From Eledone cirrhosa (lineage: Eukaryota), in the NCBI GenBank assembly GCA_964016885.1, contig OZ024757.1, positions 7,812,001 through 7,876,000 of the forward strand: DNA of 64,000 nt. Reading direction: 5' to 3'. Below are positions 15,582 through 28,130 of the stretch, one piece after another (position 1 is the first letter of the stretch; each line of letters opens with the position of its first letter). The position numbers and the translations under genes are program-made. The notes under the pieces were generated by a model. The model had not been told where the DNA came from. It did not search any database and saw only the letters and a list, made by a program, of their open reading frames with translations.

Positions 15582-18286
15582 ATGCTCGCATTTTTATGCA
15601 ACAAGATACATCTGTTTGACTCCTACGTCAGAAGCATCGACCCTGACTTCATCACAGTCACAGAAACATGGGCACATTCCTTACTCTGTGATGGGGTTTT
15701 CAGCATTACTGGGTACAACCCTTTCCGCAAGGACCGCATTAATCGCCGTGGTGGTGGTGTGATGGTCTACGTTCGTTCAAACTTTTCGGTAATTCCTTGC
15801 GTTGATTTGAACGAATCACAGGAAGAAGTTTTTTTCTGTGACATACCTATGACCATGTCAACACTTCTGCTTGGTGTTGTTTATCGCCCCTCAAACTACC
15901 ATCAGGACACACAGGTTTGCGATATCCTAAGAGTCGCTGCCAAGAAAACAGCCACTTATGTGTTTATTGCAGGTGACTTCAATCATCCTGAGATCGATTG
16001 GGAAACCTTTCGTTGGCCACAAGGTGCAAACGATTTCCTTGAACTAGTGCTGGACTCAAACTGGTCACAAGTAGTCACCTCTCCAACAAGAGGTAACAAC
16101 ACTTTGGACCTGATCTTTACCACTACTCCTGAAGTGGTTATCAGTTGTACTACTGAGGAACCTCTAGGCGACTCTGATCATGCTACGATCATTGCCAATC
16201 TGGCACTTGAGGGCAGCAACAAAATCCAGAGCCATCTCCAATCTGCTTGCTTTGATTGGAAGAGGGCGGATTGGAACTTGTACTGCACTGAGCTACAGCG
16301 CCCAAACTGGCATGAGATGTATAACTCTGGAGATGTGAACACTATACTCCAGAGCATCCTGGACTCAATATGGATAGCGTGTGTAGCATCGGTGCCACGT
16401 AAGCGGAAAAATAACCACCCCAAAAGTGCAATTTGGGAAACTTCAGCGGTCCGACTTGCCAGGAAAGAACGTCGGAACGCTGAACGGGAATATAAACTGC
16501 ATAGATCAGATGACAACAGAAAAAAGCGGAATAAATCTTCTAACCATCTCAAGCAAGTGACAAAGAAGGCAGTGCTTGAATTTGAACAGTGCATAGCAAC
16601 CAATCCTGACAATAAGGTGTTCTGGAAATATGTTCATTCAAAGCAGAGACCTCACTCTCCAGTTGGTCCTCTTTGCAATCCCCACACAAGCCAGATCACT
16701 GACGATCCCAAATAATGCGCAGTAAATATTTTTACTGTTGAAAACCAGAATGTACCATCTCTAACATCAAATTCCATAACAACAATGGAATTTACACCTG
16801 CAATGTTGCGACGTCACCTTAAGAATAAGCGCAACTATGCCTCCCCTGGTCTTGATGGTGTGACATACCTGCTTCTCAAACATGGCGGGTATTTCCTTTT
16901 GCGCCAGCTTTCTTTCTTCTTTCAATACTGTCTCAACAATGGTGCTACTCCGGAGCAGTGGAAAACTGCCAGTGTCATTTCCCTGTTCAAAAAGGGCAAC
17001 CGCATGTCACCTGTCAACTATCGTCCAGTCAGTCTTACTAGCTGTATGGCCAAACTGATGGAATCCTGTGTCAGAGAAACACTTTGGAACTTCTGGAGCT
17101 CTCACAGTTTGGATTTATCCCTAACTCCAGCTGCTGTGATCAGCTTATCGAGTTCCTTGAGGACATCACCCGGATCACTGACAGCGGCTCATGGGTGGAT
17201 GTTGTTTACCTTGACTTTGCTAAGGCTTTTAATTCTGTGCCACACAAAAGACTTATGGCAAAACTCTCTGCAATGGGTGTGAGGGATGATCTTTTCGACT
17301 GGTTGAAATCCTTCATTCTCAGCCGAAAAGAAGTAGTCACGGTTCTAGGACAGCATTCTTCACCATATGAGATGTCATCTGGTGTACCACAGGGATCTGT
17401 TCTTGGTCCTCTTTTGTTTGTGGCATATATTAACGACATAGATGCCAACTTACAGAATGCCACGGTACTAAAATATGCAGATGACATCAAGCTATACCTT
17501 GAAATCAAAAGGACTGATCCTGAAATTTACAACTCTTTCCTACAATCAGACCTGGACACAATGCAGCAATGGATCACAGACTGGCAACTGAAGCTGGCTG
17601 TGGACAAGTGTACCACCATGCATTTTGGAAGGAAAAATGCAGCGTCCACATACTCCCTCCACAACACTGATATCAAAAAGTCCTCTTGTGAACGTGACCT
17701 GGGCATTACTGTCAGCAACGATTTGCGTTGGACAAAGCATGTCTCTAAGATTGTCAAGAAGGCCGAGGGTGTATTGGCATCACTCAGCAAGACCTTTGTT
17801 AGCCGCTCTCCAGCCATCTATTTAAAACTGTATACAGCTATGGTACGACCACACTTGGAATTCGCATCTTCAGTCTGGAACCCCTATCTTGCTCAGAACA
17901 TTGACCTCCTGGAAACTGTTCAGAGACGTGCAACCAAGCGCATACCCTCCATCAGACACCTACCATACTCTGAATGCCTTGCTTCCCTGGGCATGGATTC
18001 ATTGAAGCTCCGACGTCTGGCAATGGACTTGGTAAATACCCACAAAGTTATTAACCATATGGCCAATTGCAACCCTGAGCGCCTCTTTGATCTCCATGTG
18101 TCTAACACACGTGGACATGCCTACAAGATCAGAAAACAGCACAGCTCCCATGACTTTCGTAGACATTTTTTCACGCTCAGAGTTGCTGAAGCATGGAACA
18201 AACTGCCTGCGTCAATTGTTAGCTGCCGAGACACTGCATCCTTTAAGACACTCATGCTTCGCGAAATACGCCAAAACTACACCTGA
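15582..18286 (+). pseudogene. CR1-group ORF2, APE endonuclease + reverse transcriptase, disrupted
   Basis: APE motifs VTETW, GGGVMVYV, VYRP, AGDFN, TLDLIF, SDH; RT motifs YRPVSL, LDFAKAF, GVPQGSVLGP, YADD, ERDLG; in-frame stop at 16713-16715 and a ~19-nt deletion frameshift near 17107 relative to copies B/C. Confidence 0.95.
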
Positions 18287-18559
18287 TGTAGCCCTTCCAT
18301 ACACATGCACACATGTGTGTATCATGACTCGTGCACTGTTCATTTTACTGATGTTTGTGCATTGCCCTATGTACTGTACATGCACTTTTTTGATGAGTTG
18401 TGGTGCACCTGGGCACTGTACACAATATTTCATTATTGTTATTGTTATTATATCATGACTCGTACACTGTTCATTTTCCTGACATTTGTACATTATTCTA
18501 TGTACTATACATGCACCTTTGATGAGTTGTAGTGCACTTGAGCACTGTACACAATAATT

Positions 18560-18592
<33 letters not shown>

Positions 18593-19254
18593 GTTGTTGT
18601 TGTTAATGTCACCGCTGCTGTAGCTGCCTTCCTCTTGTTGATGTAGGTGGTAGTTGAAACTGCAACCTATTCGGGCTGCCAGGCTGGCTGCTGGGGCTCG
18701 AACGCCTTCTTTAACCGAAGATGCGGGGTCGTTGTTATTTTCACTGTTTCTGTCGTTGCCTTCCTCTTGTTAATGGTAGTGATAATTGTTGGTGCTACCT
18801 ATAACGGCTGTCAAGCTGGCTGCTGTATCAGCTTCTCTGAGTGACGCTCCAGTGGCCTTCTTGACCAAAGATGCAGGTCAATGGCTTTTGACATTGTTTG
18901 GCAACACAACGCAAATAAATATATACACTATCATCAATTGGAAAGACCAATGGAAACATTGTTTCCTTGGTCCAATCTGATGAGTTCCACTCCACTTGGT
19001 AAGAACTGAGATGTTGAGATTTATTACAAAAAAACACTAAAATCAGGATACTGGGTTGGTATAACTACCTGGTTTGTATGTGTTGTGGTGTGGTATGTGG
19101 TGTGTTGTGGTGGTGTGTTTTGGTCTTTTGATGTGGTGTGTGTGTGTGCAGGTTGGTGTGTTGTTGTGTGTGTAATGTAAAGAGAAAATTTTACACACAT
19201 AGGACCTACAAGGGGTGTGAGGACTCTACCCCCTACAACTCTCTCATTGTTGTT

Positions 19255-21690
19255 CATATGCACGCATCATACAATCTGCCTTTCATTTTTAGAGAGAAAC
19301 TTTTTGTGTCTAGCAGCGGTATTAGCTCTCTGAACTTTTTCCATCCTGTTCTAACTCAGACTACTACACTTTCAGAGCACCCTCCACCACCGCTGATTTT
19401 GTCACCCAGGCAACGGAAAGCGTCCACTATTTCTATAGAACTATCTGGGCAGTAGAAGGTGCTAGTATCCTGTGGGTACTTGCTGCTTATTTCACATGAG
19501 CATCGGCCACATATAAAATCTACATTCTTAGATAGCTTACCTGTGATCTCACTACATCTTTTATGTACCCATAGTTTGCATTTGGGACATAGAACGGAAT
19601 TTCTACCTACTCCTTTCCTACACACTGAGCATGGCACCAGTGCCCTATTTTCTTTTCTACATACTAGACCTTTAGTCTTAGACAAGTTAACTTTAAGGCC
19701 TTTTCATTCATGCCTCCATTTTTGGAATTTCTTCTCTAGTTCAGCCATAGATTCAGCTATGAGAGTTAGATCATCTGCATATAGAAGTTCCCATGGGCTG
19801 CTGGTCTTAAACCCTTCGGTTATAGCCTGAATGGCAATAATAAACAGGAGGAAGCTAAGGATGGGGCCTTGCTGAACACCTACTATTACACTATATTCAT
19901 TGTTAATTCTAACATTGCTGACTGTTTCTTTATACATGGCTTGTATAGCTCTCACAAGCCATTCATCTCCTCCTACTTTTCTAAGGGCCCACCAGATACT
20001 GGAGTGGGGGATTCTGTCAAAGGCTTTCTCCAAGTCAACAAAAGCTAAGTAGGGGTTTACTTTTAGCTACTTCTATTGTAGTTGCTGTACAAGGAAAAAA
20101 AGCATCTGTGGTACTTTTACCTGCCACGAACCCAAACTACATTTCATCTAGATCAATTTGGTCTCTGATTAGTTGTGTAATAACTTTTTCTGTGACCTTC
20201 ATGACCTGGTCAACTAACTTAATGATTCTATAGTTTCCCCTATCTAGAGCATCCCCTTTACCCTTGTAGCATTTAATGATGATGCTTCTACGCCAGTCAT
20301 CTGGTATGACCCCATTGTGTATTACTTGGTTTACTATCTGGGTGACCATAGCATGTCCCACCATTCCAGATGCTTTCAACATCTCAACAACTATCTCTGA
20401 AGGCCCAGCTGCCTTGCCCATCTTCATATCTTTGATTGCCTTACTTACTATACTACCATTAACTTGCACCGCTGGTCCCTCTATTGGATCAATTTGAGGT
20501 AGACTATCTTTTTCCCATTTATTCTCCTCATTTAGTAGTCTCTTGTAGTGAAACTTCCAAGCTACCTTCTTATCAGTATCAGTGAGGGCAAGTACACCAT
20601 CATCATCATTACGGACACACTTCTCCCTGACAAAATCATGGATTTCCTTGACACTTTGTTTAGCGATCCTGAACACCTCACGTTTTTGGTCCTCACGTTG
20701 TAGAATATGCTTGAACTTTCTATCCTCTGCTTCCCTCCTTGCAAGGTACACTTGTCTCCTAGCTTCCCTTCTGGCCACTTGATAGTGTTCTCTACTTCCC
20801 CCATACTTTCCAAGCCTGCTTTTGGCCCTGATTGACTCCTCCACCTTACTGTTCCACCACCAAGTTACTCTCCTCCTGCCTATAGGTCTGCTCCAGCAAC
20901 AGATTTCATCTGTCGCCTTCGGTAGGTTAACTTTCAAGAATACCCACTGTTCCTCTATATTGTATGTCTCTAATTGCACCTCTTTACTGTCAAAAGCATT
21001 AACTAATATGCTTTTAATTTTGTTACTGGCTATGAGGTCCTTCAACTTCCATATCCTTCTCCTCAAGGTAGTCCTCCTCTGTCATCGAGTACGTCTAGTC
21101 CTGACTGTGAGGTCACGTTGGGAGGTGCATTCTTCACAGGGGAGGGACTTAGTGTTTACAACAGACACTGTCACACCTTCTAGTAAGGTTATAATATATC
21201 TGGCTGGCATGTTCCCCTGATCTACAGGTGATCAAGTCATTGTCTCGTTTTTTGAAGTTTGTGTTACAGATAGTTAGGTTATTAGCGTCACAGAATTCCA
21301 GGATTCTGGAGCCTTCCTCAATTCTAGTACCAAACCCATAGCCTCCATGGATTCCATCATAGCCATCTCTATGTTGTCCAATGTGACCATTTAGGTCACC
21401 AGCAATAATTATGTAGTCGCTGTTTGTTATTTGGGAGGAAGTGAGCATTAGCAAATCATAGAACCTGTCTTTTATTACGTCAGGTAGACCAGATTTGGGG
21501 TGCATAAGCGGATATTATTGTCATAGTTGTTCTATTTAGGCCTGGACTTATTTTAATTATTCTGTCAATCACTCTATTTACGGTAATTACCTTATCTACC
21601 CATTTCTCTGCTAAAACAAGCCAGCCCATTGTCATTCTCCACCCAGAAAAGTTTATAGCATTGTTTATACCCACACACCCCTCCACCTAC
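19255..21690 (-). mobile_element. Decayed RTE-clade LINE (APE + RT with inserted PHD finger), both ends missing
   Basis: Fragments ISAYAPQ, IAGDLNGHIG..GYGFG, NYRIIKL, EKAFDRIP, LLYADDL, PCSVC..HKRC..CGRC, FRCLG. Confidence 0.93.
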
Positions 21691-21709
21691 TCTCTTGAAT
21701 ATATATATA

Positions 21710-21795
21710 TCATCATCATCATCGTTTAATATCTATCTTCCACGCTAGCATGGGTTTAGACAGGAATTGTCCCACTTGAGGCAAGATTGGTCGTC
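21710..21795 (-). mobile_element. Short RTE 3'-end fragment with (TGA)n tail
   Basis: Reverse complement resembles the RTE 3' end at 55300-55380 (cttgcctcaagtggg..aaacccatgc.agcgtggaa..ttaaacgatgatgatg). Confidence 0.75.
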
Positions 21796-21954
21796 TTTAT
21801 TCCGATTTGCATAAATAACATTATTTTACATAACTGTTCATATTAAAACAAAACACATTAAAGGTAATAAAATATTTAAGTAATGGAAAAAAAAAACAAA
21901 TCACGCAATGAAAATAATGGGAGAGGGACAGACTTCATATTTCAGTCTGAGCTG

Positions 21955-22220
21955 TGATTCAGCCCCACCCTACAGACAAAATGACAAAGGTGTTACCACA
22001 GAGAATAGCCAGAGACACCCACTACAACATACACCCCACCTCATGGGACTCCTTCCTCAAGGGGGCTGCTGTCTTTCTAATTTTGAGAAGGAAATCAGCA
22101 GTGTGGGGACAAAGAGGAAGTGGTTTTTCAGGCCCCGGTATTTAACTATCTTCCTCTTCTCTCTATTGCAGGTAGTAAAGCCTGGGTTTGAGGCCGAAGT
22201 GAAAAGGTTGGAGGCAGGGA
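21955..22220 (-). pseudogene. CRE-like non-LTR retrotransposon, restriction-like endonuclease C-terminal fragment
   Basis: Minus-strand reading KRKIVKYRGLKNHFLFVP then ..RKESHEVGCML*WVSLAILCGNTFVILSVG, homologous to 38085-38325. Confidence 0.75.
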
Positions 22221-22381
22221 ATGATCCAACTCATGCTAAACCTCCAACTAAAGCTGATACTTGTATTTTCCAGCTGTGGGGATTAGAGACATGTGGAATG
22301 ATGTGTCTTGCTTCAGGACACAATGTACCTCCAAAGCTGAGAATTGAAAACATGATATTGCGATATGCTGTATGACTTCAC

Positions 22382-24425
22382 TCATCATCATCATCACCGT
22401 TTTACGTCCGTTCTTCCATGCTAGCTTGGGTTAGATGGGTTGTCCTGTTGTGGGCAGTGTCTGGTCGGCTGACCATGCCTTGCTCATACAGGAACTGATT
22501 TTGGCTTCATTTCTACAGCTGGATGCCCTTCCTAACACCAATCTCATTTACAGTGAGTGCTGGGTGCTTTTTCCGTGGCGCCTACACGTCCACTTTACAG
22601 TGTGGGCTGGGTGCTTTTTTGCTGTGACACCTCCACGACCACCTTGCAGTGGGAGGGTGTGGGGGCATATTGTCTATATGCTTCAGCATGTACCCATGGG
22701 AGATCGGGTACTCTGTATTACTGCGTGACGCCAGAGGTCACGGTCGTGTGTCATCACCTTTGAGAGGTGTAATTGGGTAAGGTCGTCTTTTATCACCTCA
22801 TCCCAGGTCTTCTTGGGTCTCCCCACCCCGCAGTTTCCATTGACTTCTAGTGCTCTGCACCTTTTTATGCAGCTGTCATCCTTCATACGCATCACATGTC
22901 CATACCAACGCAACCGCCTCTCCTGCACACAGCATTTGATTCCTCTTATGCTCAGTCTCTCTCTCAATTCATTTATGCTTTATCGTTCGTGTATATTACT
23001 ATTACACATCCATCAGAGCATGCAGGCTTCGTTACTTTCTAATCTATGTAAGTCTTCTGCCTTCAGCACCCAGGTCTCACTACCATGCAACATCGCTGTT
23101 CGGATACACGCATCATACAGTCTGCCTTTCATTTTGAGGGAGAAGCCTTTTGCAGCTAGCAGTGGCAGTAGTTCCCTGAACTTCTTCCATCCCGTTCTTA
23201 CCCTAGTTATTGTACTTTCTGAACACCCACCTCCGCTGCTAATTCGGTCACCTAGGTAGCAGAAGCTGTCTACTGTTTCTACAGGGCCCTCCCAGAGATT
23301 GGTGGTACTTGTTTCCTGTGGCTGTTTGCTGCTTGCTGTCCCAGCACAGTTACTGTATGTGAAGCCTACATTCTTAATTAAGCTTCCTGAGATCCCGCTA
23401 CATCTCTTGTGTACCCATTGTTTGCATTTGGGGCATAGAATGGAGTTCCTACCTACACCTTTCCTACATACTGAGCAAGGCCATTTCCCTGAGGGGATCT
23501 GGGTCCTGTTTTCTCGTCTACTTACAAGGACCTTAGTCTTTGTCATGTTGACTTTGTGACCCTTTCTTTCTAGTCCCTGCTTCCAAGTTTGGAATTTCTT
23601 CTCTAGTTCTACCATAGATTCAGCTATAAGTGCGAGGTCATCAGCATACAGGAGTTCCCATGGGCATCCAGTCTTAAACTCCTCTGTTATTGCCTGCAGG
23701 ACTATGATGAACAGGAGAGGGCTAAGAACAGAGCCCTGGTGGAAACCAACCTGTACGCTAAATTCCTCGCTATACTCATTTTTAATCATAACTTTGCTGA
23801 CTGCTCCCCTATACATGGCTTGTAAGGCTTTCACAAGCCATTCATCTACTCCTAGTTTTCTAAGAGCCCACCAGATTACAGCACGTGGAACTCTGTCAAA
23901 AGCTTTCTCGAAATCGACGAATGCCAGGTAGAGTGGCTTACTTTTAGCTAGGTACTTTTCCTGTAACTGCCTGACAAGGAAAAGGGCATCAGTGGTGTCT
24001 CTTCCTAGTACAAACCCAAATTGCATCTCATCTAGTTTCACCCGGTCCCTAATCAACTATGATATAACTCTTTCTGTTACTTTCATAACCTGGTCCATCA
24101 GCTTTATACCTCTATAGTTTCCTAGATCTAGTGCATCACCTTTACCTTTGTAGCAGTTGACAATGATGCTACTGCACCAATCTTTTGGTATGACACCTTC
24201 TAGTATTACCTGGTTAACAATACGTGTGGTTATAGTGTGACCTACAGACCCAGATGCCTTCAGCATCTCGGCAGCTATACCCGATGGACCGGTTGCCTTC
24301 CCCATCTTCATATTTTTGATTGCCTTACTTACTACGCTGCTGCTGACTTGTACTGTTGGCCCCTCTATAGAGTCTACTTGAGGTAGGGTCTCTTCTTCCC
24401 ATGCATTCTCCTCATTTAGTAATCT
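22382..24425 (-). mobile_element. 5'-truncated RTE LINE with PHD-containing RT, intact 3' UTR and (TGA)n tail
   Basis: ORFs 24057-24503, 23013-24056 (QFGF, FVDFEKAFDRVP, QGSVLSP, YADDL, FCYLG) and 22683-22967 (RRLRWYGHV..GRPKKTW); tail at 22383-22396. Confidence 0.95.
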
Positions 24426-24713
24426 ATAATAATTCACTATAAAATATATATGTATTTGTATACATATATATAAGCATATATTTGTGTGTATACATTGTCT
24501 CATTCCATCAGAGTAACTTGGTCAGCCTATGACCTCTTCAGCCGAACATTGTATATAAATATACATGTTTGTCAGTGTGTGTGTACATATGTATATATAA
24601 TGTTGTCAAAACTTCTATATACATGATATTTCATATTGTCCAATATATATAGACCATATAGAATACTGTCCAAAGGAATGGCTGAAACAGCTTGACCTCA
24701 GTGATGTCACAGC

Positions 24714-24955
24714 TCATCATCATTTAATGTCCAGTTTCCCTGCTAGCAAGGGTTAGACAGGTTGTCTTCAAAGACCAAGGTGGGGTTGGGGTCCTCCTTT
24801 CAGTTACATATGGTCACACCTACTACTGGGTGTATTTGGTTGTGTCACCAATACTAAAGTGATTGTCATGTCCTTTACACAGCAGAAAGGTCCGCCCAAC
24901 CCGTTTTCTAGCAGGTTTTCAATAGCTGAATGCCCTTCCTATCACCAATATTATT
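24714..24955 (-). mobile_element. Diverged RTE-type 3' UTR or SINE tail fragment
   Basis: catcatcatttaatgtcc..tgctagcaagggttagac and agctgaatgcccttcctatcaccaa resemble the RTE 3' UTR at 22383-22545. Confidence 0.65.
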
Positions 24956-25524
24956 CATATATACATATATATATATATGTATATATGCACTATACAGTCT
25001 ATATATAAATACACTACATATACATATATATATATATGTATATATACACTATACAGTCTATATATATACACTACATATATATATATATATGTATCCATAT
25101 ATGCACTATACAGTTTATATATATATACACTACATATATATGTATGTATGTATATATGCACTATACAGTCTATATATATATACACTACACATATATATTT
25201 ATATGTATGTATATATGCACTATACAGTCTATATATATATATATACACTACACATATATATATATGTATATATACACTATACAGTCTATATATATATACA
25301 CTACATATATATATATATACTACATATATATATATATATGTATATATACACTATACAGTCTATATATATATATACACTACACACATATATATATGTATAT
25401 ATGCACTATACAGTCTATATATATACACTACATATATATATATATATGTATATATGCACTATACAGTCTATATATATATATATATATATACACACTATAC
25501 AGTCTATATATATACACTACATAT

Positions 25525-25583
<59 letters not shown>

Positions 25584-26160
25584 GCACTATACAGTCTATA
25601 TATATATACACTACATATATATATGTATATATGCACTATACAGTCTATATATATATATACACTACACACATATATATATATATATATATACACTATACAG
25701 TCTATATATATATACACTACACACATATATATATATATATATGTATATATGCACTATACAGTCTATATATATATATACACTACATATATATATATATGTA
25801 TATATGCACTATACAGTCTATATATATATATACACTACATATATATATATATATGTATATATACACTATACAGTCTATATATATATATACACTAGACATA
25901 TATATATATGTATATATACACTATACAGTCTATATATATATACACTACATATATATATATATACTACATATATATATATATATGTATATATACACTATAC
26001 AGTCTATATATATATATACACTACACACATATATATATGTATATATGCACTATACAGTCTATATATATACACTACATATATATATATATATGTATATATG
26101 CACTATACAGTCTATATATATATATATATATATATACACACTATACAGTCTATATATATA

Positions 26161-26210
<50 letters not shown>

Positions 26211-28035
26211 GCACTATACAGTCTATATATATATACACTACATATATATATGTATATATGCACTATACAGTCTATATATATATATATACACTACACACAT
26301 ATATATATATATATATACACTATACAGTCTATATATATATACACTACACACATATATATATATATATATGTATATATGCACTATACAGTCTATATATATA
26401 TATACACTACATATATATATATATGTATATATGCACTATACAGTCTATATATATATATACACTACATATATATATATATATGTATATATACACTATACAG
26501 TCTATATATATATATACACTACACATATATATATATGTATATATACACTATACAGTCTATATATATATACACTACATATATATATATATATGTATATATA
26601 CACTATACAATCCATATATATATATATACACTACACATATATATATATGTATATATGCACTATACAGTCTATATATATATACACTACATATATATATATA
26701 TGTATATATACACTATACAGTCTATATATATACACTACACACATATATATATGTATATATGCACTATACAGTCTATATATATACACTACATATATATATA
26801 TATGTATATATACACTATACAGTCTCTATATATATATATATACACTACACATATATATATATATGTATATATGCACTATACAGTCTATATATATATACAC
26901 TACATATATATATATATATGTATATATACACTATACAGTCTATATATATACACTACACACATATATATATATGTATATATACACTATACAGTCTATATAT
27001 ATATACACTACACACATATATATATGTATATATGCACTATACAGTCTATATATATACACTACATATATATATATATATATGTATATATACACTATACAGT
27101 CTATATATATACCCTACATATATATATATATATACGTATATATGCACTATACAGTCTATATATATACACTACATATATATATGTATATATGCACTATACA
27201 GTCTATATATATATATACACTACACACATATATATATATATATACACTATACAGTCTATATATATATACACTACACACATATATATATATATATATATAT
27301 GTATATATGCACTATACGGTCTATATATATATATACACTACATATATATATATATGTATATATGCACTATACAGTCTATATATATACACTACATATATAT
27401 ATATGTATATATACACTATACAGTCCATATATATATATATACACTACACATATATATATATATGTCTTTATGCACTATACAGTCTATATATATATACACT
27501 ACATATATATATATATATGTATATATACACTATACAGTCTATATATATACACTACACACATATATATATATGTATATATACACTATACAGTCTATATATA
27601 TATATACACTACACACATATATATGTATATATACACTATACAGTCTATATATATATACACTACACATATATATATGTATATATACACTATACTGTCTATA
27701 TACACTACACATATATATATATGTATATATACACTATACAGTCTATATATATATATACACTACACACATATATATTTGTATATATACACTATACTGTCTA
27801 TATACACTACACATATATATATGTATATATACACTATACAGTCTATATATATACACTACACACATATATATATATATGTATATATACACTATACAGTCTA
27901 TATATATATACACTACACACATATATATTTGTATATATACACTATACTGTCTATATACACTACACATATATATATATGTATATATACACTATACAGTCTA
28001 TATATATACACTACACACACATATATATATGTATA
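24955..28035. repeat. Compound (TA)n minisatellite, unit ~50-60 bp
   Basis: Fixed motifs CACTATACAGTC, CACTAC and TATG separated by variable (TA)n tracts; the long Y/I ORFs are artefacts. Confidence 0.97.
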
Positions 28036-28130
28036 ATTACCCTCCTATTCAACTGAACAATAATATAGATACATATAAATTGATGTGAGCAACAGTTTCA
28101 TATTTACAGGGTGGAATGGATGTGACATAT

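Larger units (their letters stand above)
14050..18590 (+). mobile_element. Near-full-length, decayed CR1-group LINE (copy A); 5' boundary uncertain
   Basis: ORF1 remnant, APE-RT ORF2, 3' UTR ending in (TAT)n at 18562-18590. Confidence 0.9.

Noticed and set aside
24500-24550. Hammerhead on minus strand (CTGAAGA-GGTCA..TGACC)
   Set aside because: The required GAAA is absent and no convincing stem I; at best a dead remnant.
24930-28088. Y/I-rich ORFs up to 1019 aa
   Set aside because: (TA)n minisatellite open in all three frames.
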